Below, piece after piece: positions 1-32,225 of a stretch of 64,000 nt of DNA. The notes below the pieces were generated by a model. That model had not been told where the DNA came from. It searched no databases and saw only the letters and a list, made by a program, of their open reading frames with translations. Position 1 is the first letter of the stretch. The number at the start of each line of letters is the position of its first letter. Origin of the DNA: Blastocystis sp. Blastoise (Eukaryota > Protista > Bigyra: Opalinata); NCBI GenBank assembly GCA_039096225.1, contig JBBPEB010000023.1, positions 686,326 through 750,325 of the forward strand. The letters run 5' to 3'. Both the position numbers and the translations under genes were made by a program.

Positions 1-90
1 ACAAAATAAATATAATAAACAAAATAAACAAAAAAAAAACATAATAAACATAATAAACCAAATAAACAAAAAAAAAAAAACATAATAAAC

Positions 91-130
<40 letters not shown>

Positions 131-1147
131 CGAACTGTTTGTTGATAATATTTGCCTATAGAAGTAACTGCATGTAAACCAATAGTAACTAATTGCTTTT
201 GTTCTTTTGTTAACTTTATATCGAATTCTTCTTCTATTCCTAAGTCAAATCCATCTAAAATATCTTCATCCTCCTCCTCATTATCTTCAATCATCTCCGT
301 AAATTCTTCAATTATATCTTTAAATACCACCATATGCTATATAAAAAAAAAGAATAAACATAAATAGAATAATATATAAATAGAATAACTAAATAAATAA
401 AACATAAACATAATAAACATAATAAACATAATATATCTACCTTAAATAATTGTGATTGAATAGCTAGCTTATTACTAGTAGGAAGTTTCTCGAGATCTAA
501 ACATGCGTCTTTTACAGCACCTACCATTGAGGGACTTAAGGCCTTGGATTTCTATATATATATATATCATAATATATAGTATAATAATAAAATAATTATA
601 ATATAATAATAATTCATAAAATATAAAAAAAAAACAAAACAAATAAATATAAAATTTTAATTTCTATATACTTTATTATAACATAATTGAAAATGTTCAA
701 AGAATTGAACACTGGCTACATAAATATTACTATATATAATAATATTATTATGAAAAACAAAGAATAATAGTATTGAAATTCTCAAAAACAATGTATAATA
801 CATTAGTTATACTTAATCTTATCTAGAGTGATTTGACGAGAAGCAAGGCACATTCCACAACCCATACTTAATCTAGAAACAGCTACTAATCCACTAAAAG
901 AATTCTCTATAACCTTAAGAAGACTATCTAACGCATCTTCATTCACTCCATTATAAAGAAGATGAAGTTTGGTTAAATCGTATTCTAATTTTTTTCCAGC
1001 CTCTAAGATGACCTTACGAAGATTCACATAATCATTAACAGAATATTCAGTAGGTTTAATGTCGACCGGACCATTCAATTCTTTATAATACTTTTCAAAA
1101 GTATCGATACAAAGTTTAAGTCTACTGTCTATAGGATTCTTACCCAT
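1..1147 (-). CDS. GCIP/CCNDBP1-like (Grap2 and cyclin-D-interacting) helical protein; multi-exon, 3' end runs off the window
   Basis: ATG at 1147. GT-AG exons at about 1147-813, 729-672, 552-441 and 336-131. 'MVGAVKDACLDLEKLPTSNKLAIQSQLFK' followed by 'VVFKDIIEEFTEMIEDNEEEDEDILD' resembles the GCIP pattern G.V..AC..L..LP..N..A....L....D..EE plus an acidic tract. Confidence 0.5.
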
Positions 1148-1740
1148 AATATACAATTTAATAGAATAAAAATGAATTAATAATGAAAAATAAAATTAAA
1201 AGAAAACAACGGTTATTGATTTTAGTTTTTCTTTTGTTCGTTGTGGATTAAATACAATTATATTAAGTATATAAACAACTTTATTATCTTTCATTATGAT
1301 TGGAAAACATAATTTTGATATTCTAAACATGATTTTCCACATCTTATAAAAACTCGAATTTATTATTTTTTTGCTTGGTTGTTATGATAATTCCAAGATC
1401 ATCAAGCTATGAATCAAAACATATTGAATTTTATGTTAAATAGAAAGTAATGCTTCAGGAATTTTCAAAAAATGTGTATACTATAAGAATTGTTGGCTAT
1501 TTTCTGAATATCATGATTTTTCGTATGATTTGACGCAGATTTTCAAATTCTTTCGATAAAAAAGAAAACAATGCGATAAAGCAGGTTTTGATTGAAAAAA
1601 ACGATTTTCTGGGTATAAAAACTAGATTTAACATGGGGATTGATATCTTCTGTTTTAAAACAATCCATTTGTTTTTGAAAACATATTGTTTTTATCTTTT
1701 TAAAGAAGACTAATAACTCAAATAGAGTTTAGAAAATATT

Positions 1741-9265
<7,525 letters not shown>

Positions 9266-9412
9266 AATTGTTATGAAAATTAAATTATGAATAGATTCAA
9301 TTTCTGAATTTTCATCTTATATATTTCTTTATATGTAAATAGAAAAATCTATTTTGTTATATCTATATATATAATAATTATTATAGATTTCTTATTTTTT
9401 TCATTTAAATTC

Positions 9413-9416
<4 letters not shown>

Positions 9417-9490
<74 letters not shown>
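9417..9490. repeat. (AT)n microsatellite in 3'/intergenic region
   Basis: Pure AT dinucleotide run. Confidence 0.95.
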
Positions 9491-9498
<8 letters not shown>

Positions 9499-10091
9499 TT
9501 AGTTTTATTTTCATTTCTTAATCGTTATTTGCTTCATAAATTCTGTTTATTGCTCTTTCTATTTGTTCTTTTTGTTTTGTCTCTTTTTTTATGTTGTTGT
9601 TATTTTTGCTACATATGTATATATTTGCAAGAAATTAATTGTTTTTTTTTATTTTTATTTTTTTGCTTTAGAGTTTATATATTATTATATATACAATATA
9701 TATTGTATTGTACAACTTTTTAAAAAATTTCATTTTTACTATTTTTAATTGTATTCTTTACTTACATTTTATCATTATGGGTTTACTGTTGTTTTGTTAT
9801 ATATTAAAATATTTTATAATAAGGGTTATAAAAAATCAATATATATATAAAATGTGTAAAAAACATAATTAACAATATTTGCTTCAAACAATAGAGAGAT
9901 AGATGAAAGACTTAGATTATATAAAGTTCATGAATATGAATATGAATATACTGATGATTATTTGAACATAAAAAAGTAATCATGATATGAATAAATAAAG
10001 ATAAAATATAAAAAAAGAAAAATAGAAAAGAAAAACATCTAAAAATTAATAATAGAACAGATTGATAAGCAATATAATTAATAAAGAATGA

Positions 10092-10584
10092 TTAGCAATC
10101 TAAATATAAAGAAGCTAACATAACATCAAGGATAATTTCAGGTTCAATGTTCGGATATTCTACTGGAGGAACAGATGAATTAGCATAACTACATAAATTG
10201 AACGTAATAAATAAAAAAAAGGAGATATTTTGAGAAGAGATGAACAAAAAAATAATTAAAAATACCGTTTTCTGAAATGCATGTAATCAAGAGCAGCTTC
10301 CAAGACGTTTTGATCAAATAAATTAAGTGTGATAGCACTTTCAACAGGATGAGGTTGATCTATGAATAGTATAGAATAGAAATAAGTATTGTTGAAAAAA
10401 CATTGACATACGTTGTAAGAGATTTGCCATTGTTTTAGACATATCTGTTAGTACGGATCTAGGGACAACGAAATCATGATTATCCTTGCTAAGAAGAGAT
10501 AGATGATGAGATGTACACAAAGTTATACCTTCTAATATGAACATATTCTGTATCTGATTTTTGTGAATAATTGATAGGATTCAT
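10092..10584 (-). CDS. ELOC: Elongin C (Skp1/BTB-like)
   Basis: Spliced product MNPINYSQKSDTEYVHIRSKDNHDFVVPRSVLTDMSKTMANLLQ...NVLEAALDYMHFRKR YANSSVPPVEYPNIEPEIILDVMLASLYLDC*. It matches Elongin C hallmarks (YVKLISSDGHEF; C-terminal PEIALELLMAANFLDC). A 40-nt first intron gives the real N-terminus, which the ORF track misses. Confidence 0.85.
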
Positions 10585-10999
10585 TTGTACTTTCGACTAA
10601 AAAGAATTCAGAACATAAAATCGATTTATTTTTTCTTTTGATATTTGTCGTTTTTTTAATTTTTTTGTAATATGTGTAAGTAATATCTTTTTGATAAATT
10701 AAAAGAAAATATTTTTTATCGTCAAAATTATCATTGAAACTTATCAACTGTGTTATACTAAAAAAGTAGTTTGTAAAAAAAAAATGTCGATTGATGCTTT
10801 GTATTGTTGTAAAGTTATATATTGGAAAAAGTATGGGAAACATAAGTATATTATGATAACAGCATGAATAAGAAAATATTATAAAAGAATGTTACATTTT
10901 TATTTTATAATTAAAGGAAAAACTTTTCTAAATATATCATTATTTTCTTTATTCACAATGACTGAATTAAAAAATAGTTCTGGGAAGAAAGATGATTTT

Positions 11000-12595
11000 T
11001 CAAAGTTGAAAAACTGATTGTAAAAGTGTGTTAAGAATAATCATTGAGAATAATATGAGGGAGTAGAATATTATAGATAAGGATATGAGTGTATATAGTT
11101 CATTATAAAAATACCATAAGCTTTGATGTCCTGGATAACTATAAAGAAATATAGACATAAGAATAATGTTAATTCTTTATGGCTGGTATAAATAGAATAG
11201 TTTTATATACAGAAGAATAAGTTGTTGAATTTCGTGAATATCAGTTTTATAAAAGTTTATAATTCTCTTTTGGAATTCTTTATGATTCAAATAATAAATC
11301 GAATTGAGTATATAATTATATATATTCTAAGCATAGAAGGAATAAATGATATATTTTATAATCATAATAAGTATATTAATATTTCTATATACTTTTCGAA
11401 TATTGAAAGCAGAGAGATCTGTGATATGATTATGTGTATATTGAAAACTAATTTCTAATTGATCAAATAACTAGTATAATAATAATAATAATAATATAAT
11501 AATATATCTAATTCTTAATAATTAGTCATAAGACTAAATGAATTAATGAATAATAATATAATAATAATAATAATAATAATAATATATATATATATATACA
11601 TTAGGAATAGAGAGAAGTTGAAGTAATTTTAGTATAAAGCACCAGCCATAATAATTACGGGAATAAGAAGAAGTATATATATATGCTTTCTTTATTTGAC
11701 TGATAAGAAATATATCATCAATTCTATCTGTTTCTATATATAATAATAATAAATATAATAAATATAATAAATATAATAAATATAATAAATATAATAAATA
11801 TAATAAATATAATAAATATAATAATTATAATAAATATAATAAATATAATAAATATAATAAATATAATAAAATAAATATAATATAATAAATATAATAAATA
11901 TAATATAATAAATATAATAAATATAATAAATATAATAAATATAATAAATATAATCAACATAAAAATATACTCAATAACTTTTGAATACACCAATATTTAT
12001 GAACCCATAATTCTTCTACTTTTGGCCAATGAACTATAATATAATATTCATATAAATATAAATTAATAATTAATAAAAAAAAGAATGAATTTTTGATACT
12101 ATACATTGAAGTGATGAAATAGTTTGAATTTCGTGAATAATGAATTCATAATTGTTTTCAATGATTGTTTTACGTCGATTTAATATTGTATAGTTAAATG
12201 GATTTATACATAACAATGCATAGGAACAAAGAAGATATTCATTGATATCAATCTTCATTTCCTTGGGTTTTATAGATAATAAAATGATTGAAAATAACTA
12301 GACTAATATATATAGATACTTTTATATATTGATTATTTTTATATAATAGAGTAAATGCCTCGTCATGTCTACAATTCTCATTAAAAATTAAATATAGGGA
12401 ATCTGATATACAATATTTTCATTACAGAGAATCCTATACCAAACTTAGAACCTTCCTTGACAAAATGAATAGATGTATCGAAAACAATGTCAATTTCATC
12501 TCTACAAAAAATAAATAACGTATAATATTACATGATTACATCTCAGGTGGTTGAACAATTAATTGTTTAAATTCATCAAGAATAGAAATTGACAT
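11000..12595 (-). CDS. PTAR1: Protein prenyltransferase alpha-subunit repeat protein (PTAR1-like)
   Basis: Multi-exon. Motifs 'ALLCINPFNYTILNRRK', 'WPKVEELWVHKYW', 'SRNYYGWCF' and 'YPGHQSLWYFY' correspond to PPTA repeats and the PTAR1 YPGHE.LW motif. Confidence 0.7.
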
Positions 12596-12711
12596 GTTAA
12601 TGAGAGAAATAAAAATAATTTCGTTCATTTTTCTTTTAAACTTTATTTTATTAAATTATTTCTTTTTCATAATTCGATTAATACTTTTCAATTGATTTAT
12701 CTTCACATATT
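12596..12711. promoter_or_regulatory. Probable bidirectional promoter (116 bp between divergent start codons)
   Basis: The PTAR1-like ATG (minus strand, 12595) and the DUF4460 ATG (plus strand, 12712) are head-to-head. Confidence 0.55.
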
Positions 12712-13493
12712 ATGAATAATTTATTCACAAGTTCGAAATCATTTTGTTTAACTTTCCATCCTTTATTGAGTTTTCGTTATTTCAGTGTGGTTTCGAATGA
12801 TCTAAGTATTGAGAAGATGGTTAAAAGGTTATATCTATTGATGCATCCTGATGTCATGAGTGATTATTCTGAGATTGTGAAACAAAAGAATGATAATTCT
12901 CTTAAGGTATTTTAAATGTTTTCTAATAGTATAAAATTGTATTTATTTTATTTCAAAACAATGATATCTATTAATTTGATATTCATTTAATAATAAAATT
13001 GTTTTATTTATTCTATTTAATATTTCTAGGTTCTTAATTCCTTTATACAAGATATGAAACCACTCTCTGATGAAACAAAGCGATTCACATCGTTACAATG
13101 TATTTTAAAAGAAATAATATTTTTTTTCGATTCTTCTATTCTATGATTTTATTTTTTTTGCTTTTTTTTAGTTAGTCGAAAACATTATGAGTTACAATTT
13201 GTCGTTAAAGACCAAGAAGAACCAAATAACAAAGAGAAATCAAAGACTATAGTATTTGATATTAAACTTCCTTCAAATCTTCAGACGTATATATAAATAT
13301 ACTTATTTTTATATAATTATATAAGTAAAATTATTATATATATATAGTTCTTTTACAAATATAGAAGTACGAAAGAAATGGCAAAGCTTTTATGATATTA
13401 CCATGAAACAATTATTTTATAAATGTGGGGTAAGATTAATAATTATTTATATTATATTTATAATTTATTATTATTATTATTATTATTATATTA

Positions 13494-13525
<32 letters not shown>

Positions 13526-13646
13526 GTTAATTATTATTTCATTTATCAGTTATTATATACATTATATATATGTATATAGCTTCTTGAAAGTCCTCCTCAG
13601 AAAGAAATTAGCTCTAATTTTGTGGGAACTGTCGATGATTTCTTTA

Positions 13647-13683
<37 letters not shown>

Positions 13684-14211
13684 TATATATAGTTAAATAG
13701 TCATCAATTGTCTGAATTACAAAATAAATATTTAAATGAAGAGTATATATATATAATAAGAATAATATTAAAAATATAATATAATATATATATATATTAT
13801 AGAATAGCTTTCTATAAACCCTCTCAATTTATGGATTATAAAGAAAAACTAAAATTTCAAAATACAATAAAACATAAAATATTAACACAATTCTTTGAAA
13901 CAAATCATATACTTTATGATAATTTATCTTCACCCGAAATCAAGTATATAAATGAACGATTGAATCGTACATTAAATATAAATATAAATAAAATAAATAT
14001 TTTTTCTCCTGGATGGAAATATATGCATATATTAGTCTCTAAACAATCAACATATCAACTCCTTAAAAATTATACATTATCTATACCTTATTATTATGTT
14101 AATTCAGATTTACTGAAGAATCTTCAAGTATTATTGAGACAAATAGAAACAGAAATTAATATTCTAAAACAAAATAAACATCAACTTTCACAACAAACCA
14201 AATCAAAATAA
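12712..14211 (+). CDS. DUF4460 / TCAIM-like protein with probable mitochondrial(-related organelle) presequence
   Basis: 'VKRLYLLMHPDVMSDYSEIVKQKNDNSLK VLNSFI' fits the DUF4460 pattern (L+.FY..VHPD........N..SLK.L). Ser/Phe/Arg-rich N-terminus with few acidic residues. About 7 exons. Confidence 0.6.
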
Positions 14212-14885
14212 TTAAAGTGTCTATTTTTTTGTGTTTAGTTAAAAAAAGAATAATCTACATATTCCTCAAATTCACTCAACATTATTAATGAAAAATATAA
14301 ATGTATTTTTAAAATTTACTCAACATATTTATTTCATTTATTATAAACTAGATATATAAATTAACACGAATGCAGAGAAAAGCATTTAGTAACAAATACA
14401 TTTGTTACTAAACTCTGAAGAAACAACTTGGAATATAAAGAAAATAAAAATGATTACAAAACATATTAGAATAGTGTAGCATTCTCATGTATTCATTGCT
14501 TTGTATGAGTAAAATACATACGTTTTAGAACAATAAAAAAAAACTTCCATAGCATTTCGATATAAGAGAATAAAAAAAATATTTTTTAAAAATTCAAAGT
14601 TTTTATCATCAAAATTCAGTCAAATTCAGAACAGTGTTATGGGTCATTTTACTAAAAATGGTATTTAAATAATAAGGTACATCTAAGGGTTATCGTGGGA
14701 AAATATCAGGAGAGTAAGAGGTTGTCTTGAATATATGTATCCTTAATAGAGATTTAATAGACTTAAAATCAATATTACTAAAAATACAAAAAAAAAAAGT
14801 GTTTTCTATTTATATTGTTCAGAAGACTTCTTAATTTCTTTATTATATTTTTCAAAAGATCCTATATATAATAGTTTAATATCCA

Positions 14886-24616
<9,731 letters not shown>

Positions 24617-26102
24617 TTTTTAATTTTGTTCTTAAAAATTTTAGATTAAAATTATGAATTTCAGAATTCTATTATTATAATATATAGAATTTTTTTTTTC
24701 ATTTTAATATATATATATTATTATATATATATTATTATATATATTTATATCAATATAGATTTCTATCTTTATATCTATTTTTATATTCCTATTTATGTGT
24801 ACAGTTCTTTGTTATCTTGTCAGCTGATATTTTTCGCTTTTTATATACATATCTATATATATATTTATATATCTATATATATTATTATCTCTATATTTAT
24901 ATAAATATCTATATCATTATATATATTCTTATACTCTTTCGTTTCTTTTTGTTATTATATCCTATATTTGTCATTATGTTTATAATAATTCATTATTATT
25001 AATCAAAATTTTTCTATAGTTTTTTTATATATGTATATATTTTGAATTTTATTTCTTGATTTTAATTTATTTTAAATTTTTTTTTAAATGTTTTAAATTT
25101 CTCTTTTTATACAGAACTAGTATTATGTTTTTTTATTAAAAATTCCATATAGCTATTTATTTATATATACAAACATGTATATAATAATTTAACATTATTT
25201 TCTTGTATTTTTCATTCTTTCTTTTTTTTTAATACTAATAATAATTTTTCAAATATTTTTATCTTTATGATCTTTGATCATATATGTGTATTATATGCAT
25301 TTTTAATAATTAATTATCTTAGAAAATTATATATTTATATTTATATTTAGTACTCCTTCATATCTATTTGTTTACATGTTTAACGAATGTTTCTGAATGC
25401 TTTATTTTATTTTTTTTTGCATTATTTATTTTCAGATCATTGATGGATCGTTGTTTTGTTGTTTTAGGAATATTAATACTCTATTAAAAACATATTTATA
25501 ATGTATTAAAGAAATTATTTATTGATTTCGTTTATTGTCACAATAACTATTCATATTCTATATATACATTTTAATTATTCTTTTTTATAATAAAAAAATA
25601 TTATGTTTCTATATAAAAGAGACACATATTGATCATAAATATCATAATGTGTTCTATAAAATTTTTCTGAGATTTAGTTAGCAATATAAAGATAATATTA
25701 ACAAATTTATATTGACCTTCTCAATGTATTCAAAGTTGTTCATGAATATCTGAATGACGTTTTGTTCAATCAATGAATATATTTTGATGAATAAAATAAT
25801 ATACATGAATAGTATGATACTATCATTTAAAAGAGATTTGATTTCATAATAAACGAATTATATTTATAGATAAAACTAGATAAGAAATCTAAATTGAAAA
25901 AAAAGAAAATTTGATAAAAATAAGTTCAAAAACCGTGGAGATATTTGATTTTTTGGGGTATTTATTTATATTATTATTTTGACGGTTCTAGGCGTGTATA
26001 CAACACATAGAGACAAGGAGAGTTTGTTCATTCCATTTTTTCTTTCTGGAAAACGCTTTTGATATTGATATAGATATTCTAGAGTTCTTTACTAAGATAG
26101 AA

Positions 26103-29100
26103 ATGGGATATATAGATGATAGTTATCAAAATGATTCAGAAATCACAGAAGCTGATTGCTGGACTGTAATATCTTCATTTTTTGAAGAAAAAGGTCTTGT
26201 TAGTCAACAACTTGATTCTTTTGATGATTTTATGAAATTTCAAATTTCTGATTTAGTTACAGATCAAAGTCGACGTAAAATTGAAATCACATCTACAAAT
26301 CAATATACGATGGTTAATAATGATTATCAAGGTTATAAGCATCAAGTTTTATATGGACATATTTCTATCCAATCTCCAGTTGTAAAAGAACCTGATTCTA
26401 AAGAACCAACTCTTTTATGGCCTCAATTTGCTCGTTTAAGAAATTTAACATATGCTGCTTCTGTTCTTATGGATGTTACTTATAAGAAAACACCTATTAA
26501 TATAGATGGAACACCTGATGGAGAACCTATTATGGATACTAATGAACGTCAATTACTTTGTAAAGTATTCTTTTTATTATTATTATGATCTTTATTTAGT
26601 TTTTGTGTTTATTGTTGTTATTTTATATTATATTATTATATTATTATATTATATTATATTATTATATTATTATTCTATATTATTATTCTATATTATTATT
26701 TTATATTATTATATTATATTCTTATATTATATTCTTATATTATATTCTTATTACTATATTCTTATTACTATATTCTTCTTACTATATATATAAATAGGTA
26801 CCTGTAATGATACGTTCATGTTATTGCCGTTTAAATGGATTAAGTGCAGATAACTTAGCAGAACAAGGAGAATGTATATATGACTCTGGTGGTTATTTTA
26901 TTATTGGAGGAAATGAAAAAGTATTAATTGCTCAAGAAAGACAAACAAATAATACTGTTTTTGTATTTAAAAGAGATCCTCGTGGAGCTATTTCTTGGAC
27001 TGCAGAAGTACGTTCTGTGACAGAAGATGCGACACGTCCTGCGTCAGTCACAAAACTACTTATGTATATATTATATATATATTATTATATTCATATTATA
27101 TTATTATTATTATTATTATTATATTATTATTATTATATTATATTATTATATTGATATTATATTATATTATATTATATTATTATATTGATATTATATTATT
27201 ATTATTATATATATATATATATATAGGTATTCTCGTAAAGCGTCTAAGAAGATGTGTGAGAGATATATGATTCACGCTGCTATTCCTTCTTTTATTACTG
27301 ATGTTCCTGTTTGTGTAGTATTCAGAGCTTTGGGGTGTATTGAAGATAGAGCCATTCTTGAACATATATGCTATGTATATATATATATATATAATGTATA
27401 TTATAGTATTATTATAATATAAATATTATTATTCTATAGACATTTGATGATATTGAGTTAATGGAGAGGTTTAGACCTTCTTTGGATGAAGCTTCTCCTA
27501 TTGATACTGAAGAAGTATATATATATATATATATATAATGATTATAATATATATATAATGATTCTAATATATATATAGTTAGCATTAGATTATTTAGGTC
27601 GTAGAGGTCCTTCAGAAAAGATTAATCGAGTCGGGAGAATTGCTTTTGCTCGTTCAGTCTTACAAAAAGATCTATTCCCTCATATTGGTACTGAGAAAGG
27701 TGGTTTAATAAATCGTAAGAAGGTATTCTATTTAGGTTATATGGTGCACCGTCTTCTCGAATGTTCTTTAGGAAGACAAGAAGAAGATGATCGTGATCAT
27801 TTAGCAAATAAACGATTAGATTTAGCGGGTCCCTTAGTAGGACGATTATTTAGAACATTATTATATAAGTTTACTACGGATCTCAAGAAATATATGAGTA
27901 AAGCAGCCAATGATACGAAAGGAAATGGTACGGTTAAGATTCTTGGAGGACTCAAGGTATATATATATATAATATATATAATATATTATTATTATTATTA
28001 AACTTATTATATAGTCTAAGACTATCACAAGTGGCTTACAATATGCTTTTGCTACAGGTAACTGGGGAGATCGTAATTCAAATAAACAAGTTTCAGCTGG
28101 TGTCAGTCAAGCCTTAAATCGTCTGACTTTCTCCTCTTCATTATCTCATTTAAGAAGATTAAAAACACCTATGGATACTTCAGGTATATATATATATATA
28201 TATTTATTATATATATTTATTATATATATTATTATTATGGTTTATTATATATATTATTATTATGGTTTATTATATATATTATTATTATGTTTATTATACT
28301 TATAATACTTATTATGTTTATTATACTTATAATACTTATTATGTTTATTATTATGTTTATTATTATGTTTATTATTAAACTTATACATATTATTATAACT
28401 CTCTCTCTCTATATATATATATAGGTAAGCAAACCAAGCCTCGTCAATTACATAATACCCAATGGGGTATGTTATGCCCTGCAGAAACACCCGAAGGAGG
28501 ATCTTGTGGTATTGTCAAGAACTTAGCCCTGCTTAGTTATATTAGTACTGGAAGAACTGTATATATTATATATTATATATACAATTATAGTCTTTTATTA
28601 TATAATATAATATACTAATAATAATATAGTATAATAATAGTAATAATATAGTATAATATAATAATAATATAATATAATATATTATTTATATAGCCTACAC
28701 GTATATTAGAAATCTTACAAGAGCATGGTATAGAAGATTTAGAAGAAATTCAACCTTCTCATATCCCGCGATTAACTAAAGTATTTGTAAACGGTGTTTG
28801 GATTGGTGTTCATCGTAATCCGAATGATCTATTGGGCTGTCGTCAACTGCTTGATCCTGATATTAGTATGATTTATGATATCGCTCAAAAAGAAATTAGA
28901 ATGTATATATATAATATATAATATATATTATATATATATTATATATTATATATATAGTATGTCTGATCAAGGTCGTTGTTGTCGTCCGTTATTTACTGTT
29001 GATGCTGTAACACAAACAATTAATTTGAAGCAGTCGCACGTGCAGCGTTTATTATTGTCTCCAAATGATCCTCAAAAATTAACATTCTCCAAATTAATTG

Positions 29101-31461
29101 AAGAGAATTATATAGAATATTTATCAGCAGAAGAAGAAGAATACAGTATGATCGCTATGGATCCACGAATGTTAAAGACTTGTACGGCGAACAAAAGTTG
29201 TGATACATTCACTCACTGTGAAATTCATCCCTCTATGATATTAGGTGTATGTGCTAGTATTATTCCATTCCCTGATCATAATCAATCCCCTCGTAATACT
29301 TATCAATCTTCTATGGGTAAACAAGCTATGGGAGTCTATATATCTACATTTATGAAACGATTGGATACTATGGGTCACGTGCTTTGGTATCCTCAACGAC
29401 CATTGGTAGGTACGAAAGCTATGGACCAATTAAAATTCAGAGAATTACCAGCTGGTATGAATATGATTATTATGATTTCTATTATTCTATATTTTAATTA
29501 TATTTCTATATATAGTAATAATAATAATATATATATATATATATAGGTATAAATTGTTGTGTAGCTATTTGTACATATAGTGGTTATAATCAAGAAGATA
29601 GTTTAATTGTTAATCAAAGTAGTATTGATAGAGGTTTATTTAGAAGTATGTTCTTTAGAACCTATACTGATGAGGAATCCAGTGAAGCTAATGGCAGTAG
29701 TGAACAATTCGGGAAACCACAAAGAGAATTGTGTGTCGGTATGCGTCATGGAGAATATATTAAATTAGATGATGATGGATTTGCACCTCCTGTATATATA
29801 TAGTTATTATGTTTATTATTATTATTATTATTATTATTATTTATTTTTATACATATATTCTTTGTATTTTATTATATTTATATATATAGGCTACTACAGT
29901 TCGTGGTAATGATATTATTATAGGTAAAACTACTCCGTTACCTGATGTAATAGGAAAACCTTCTAGTGGTCAACGAAAGGATAACAGTACTGCTCTTCGT
30001 TCTCATGAATTAGGTGTTATTGATGCTGTTATGTTAACTACAAATTCCCAAGGGAATCGTATGGTTAAAGTTCGAACTCGATCTATTCGTATTCCACAAA
30101 TTGGTGATAAATTATCTTCAAGACATGGTCAAAAAGGTACTATTGGTATGACTTATAGGTATGTTTATATATAGATATTATAATTCTATTAGAATAATAT
30201 AATAACTCTATTATAATTATATAATAATTATATAATAATTATATTATAATTCTACTCTATATATATATATAAAGACAAGAAGATATGCCCTTTAATCAGG
30301 ACGGTATTACTCCTGATATTATTATGAATCCTCATGCTATTCCTTCACGTATGACAGTAGGTCAATTGATTGAATGCTTATTAGGTAAATTTGGGTCTAT
30401 AGTAGGAAAGGAAGGAGATGGTACTGCATTTAGTGATCTTACAGTCGATGATGTCAGCAGAGATCTACAAGCAGCTGGATATCAAAAAAGAGGATTTGAA
30501 GTATATATATGTTATTTATATTTTATATTCTATATTATTATTTTATATATTAATATTTTATTATCATATATTATATATTTATATTATTATATTATATATT
30601 TATATTATTATATTATTATATATTATTATATTATTATATATTATATATTATTATATTATTAAGATAAAATATTTCAAACTTTTATTGAATAATAATAATA
30701 ATATATTATATATAGCGTTTATATAATGGTCATACTGGTCGTCCTTTATTGGCTCGTGTATTCTTAGGCCCTGTATATTATCAGAGATTGAAACATCTTG
30801 TTGATGATAAGATACATAGTAGAGCTAGAGGAATGACCACATTACTTACGTATATATATAATAATAATAATAATATTATTATTATATATTTTATGCTTTT
30901 ATATTCTTCTATTTTTATTTTTTAATATTTTTATTTTTTTAATATTTTTACATTTATTTTATATTCTTATATTTCTTTCATTACTATATATATATATAGT
31001 CGTCAGCCTCAGGAAGGTCGTAGTAAAGAAGGTGGTTTAAGAATGGGAGAAATGGAACGAGATTGTTTAATTGCTTATGGTACTAGTAATTTAGTTCGAG
31101 AGCGTCTTTTCTTTGGTTCTGATAATTATAGTGTATATATATGTGATATTTGTGGTCTTATTTGTGTTGCCGATCTTGATCATGGTACTTATAATTGTAC
31201 TAACTGTAATAACAGTACTAAAGTATATATATTATTTATTATTTTCATTATTATTTTCATTATTATTTTCATTATAATTATATAACAATAATAATAGTAA
31301 TAATAATAGTAATTATTGTATAGATATCTAAAGTATGTATTCCTTATGCTTGTAAATTGTTATTCCAAGAGTTATTATCTATGAATATTGCACCAAGAAT
31401 AATCACGGGAGGACCTGAAAAAGATGGATATGATAAATTTAATAATCCTATTTGGTCTTAA
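26103..31461 (+). CDS. RPB2: DNA-directed RNA polymerase II second-largest subunit
   Basis: Diagnostic motifs '[23 protein letters not shown]', '[18 protein letters not shown]', '[17 protein letters not shown]', '[17 protein letters not shown]', '[19 protein letters not shown]', '[12 protein letters not shown]', '[11 protein letters not shown]', '[11 protein letters not shown]' and the C-terminal Zn ribbon. About 15 introns. Stop TAA at 31459-31461. Confidence 0.98.
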
Positions 31462-32024
31462 ATAATATATATATATATATAGAAAGTCTTTTTTTATATA
31501 TTTATCTATTTTATTAATTCTATATAATTGAAATAACTATTGTCTTTTTCACAACTTTTTTTGCATATTCGTATATATATATAAATACGTTCTTTCTAAT
31601 AGTTTCATTTCATAAATCTAAAAAAATAATATATATATTTTTATAAATAAATTGAATCTTGTTTGATAAATCTTAATAAGTATGATATTGTTGTATATTT
31701 TTAATGTATAAATATTGGAGAATTCATGTTTATAATAATATCAAAACGATAAACTAAAATGATGATAAGAAATATAAAATAAAACAAGATTAAAAAAGAG
31801 AAAAGAAATGAATATATTATTAAGTAATCATATGAAAAATATATAATTATATTATAATATATATATTTTTGATAAAAAGAATAGATTGATTACTAGTAAT
31901 GATATTAAAGGAAATATATATTGTTATATATTTAAACAAAAAAATACAAATATATAAAAAAAACAAATAAATAAAAATAAAAATTCATAATAATTAGTAT
32001 ATAAATCTATATATATATATATGC

Positions 32025-32177
32025 TTATTCTATCATTTCATTTTCATCTTCTGATTGTTCTTCTGTATATACATCAGGAATAACAACATTAAATCCAGAT
32101 AAAGCAGTAGTAACAAGACAACCTGGAATTTGAGAATGAAAATGAACTTCTTTTATATCTTCTTGACCCTATATAAT

Positions 32178-32225
<48 letters not shown>

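Noticed and set aside
10341-10544. ORF-track N-terminus MFILEGITLCTSHHLSLL for Elongin C
   Set aside because: It reads through a 40-nt intron. The spliced frame from ATG 10584 gives the conserved EYVHIRSKDNHDF start.
14683-14695. TAACCCTTA on the minus strand as a possible telomerase RNA template
   Set aside because: It does not form the 1.5-repeat permutation needed for TTAGGG or CCAGGG, and the match is too short to be meaningful.
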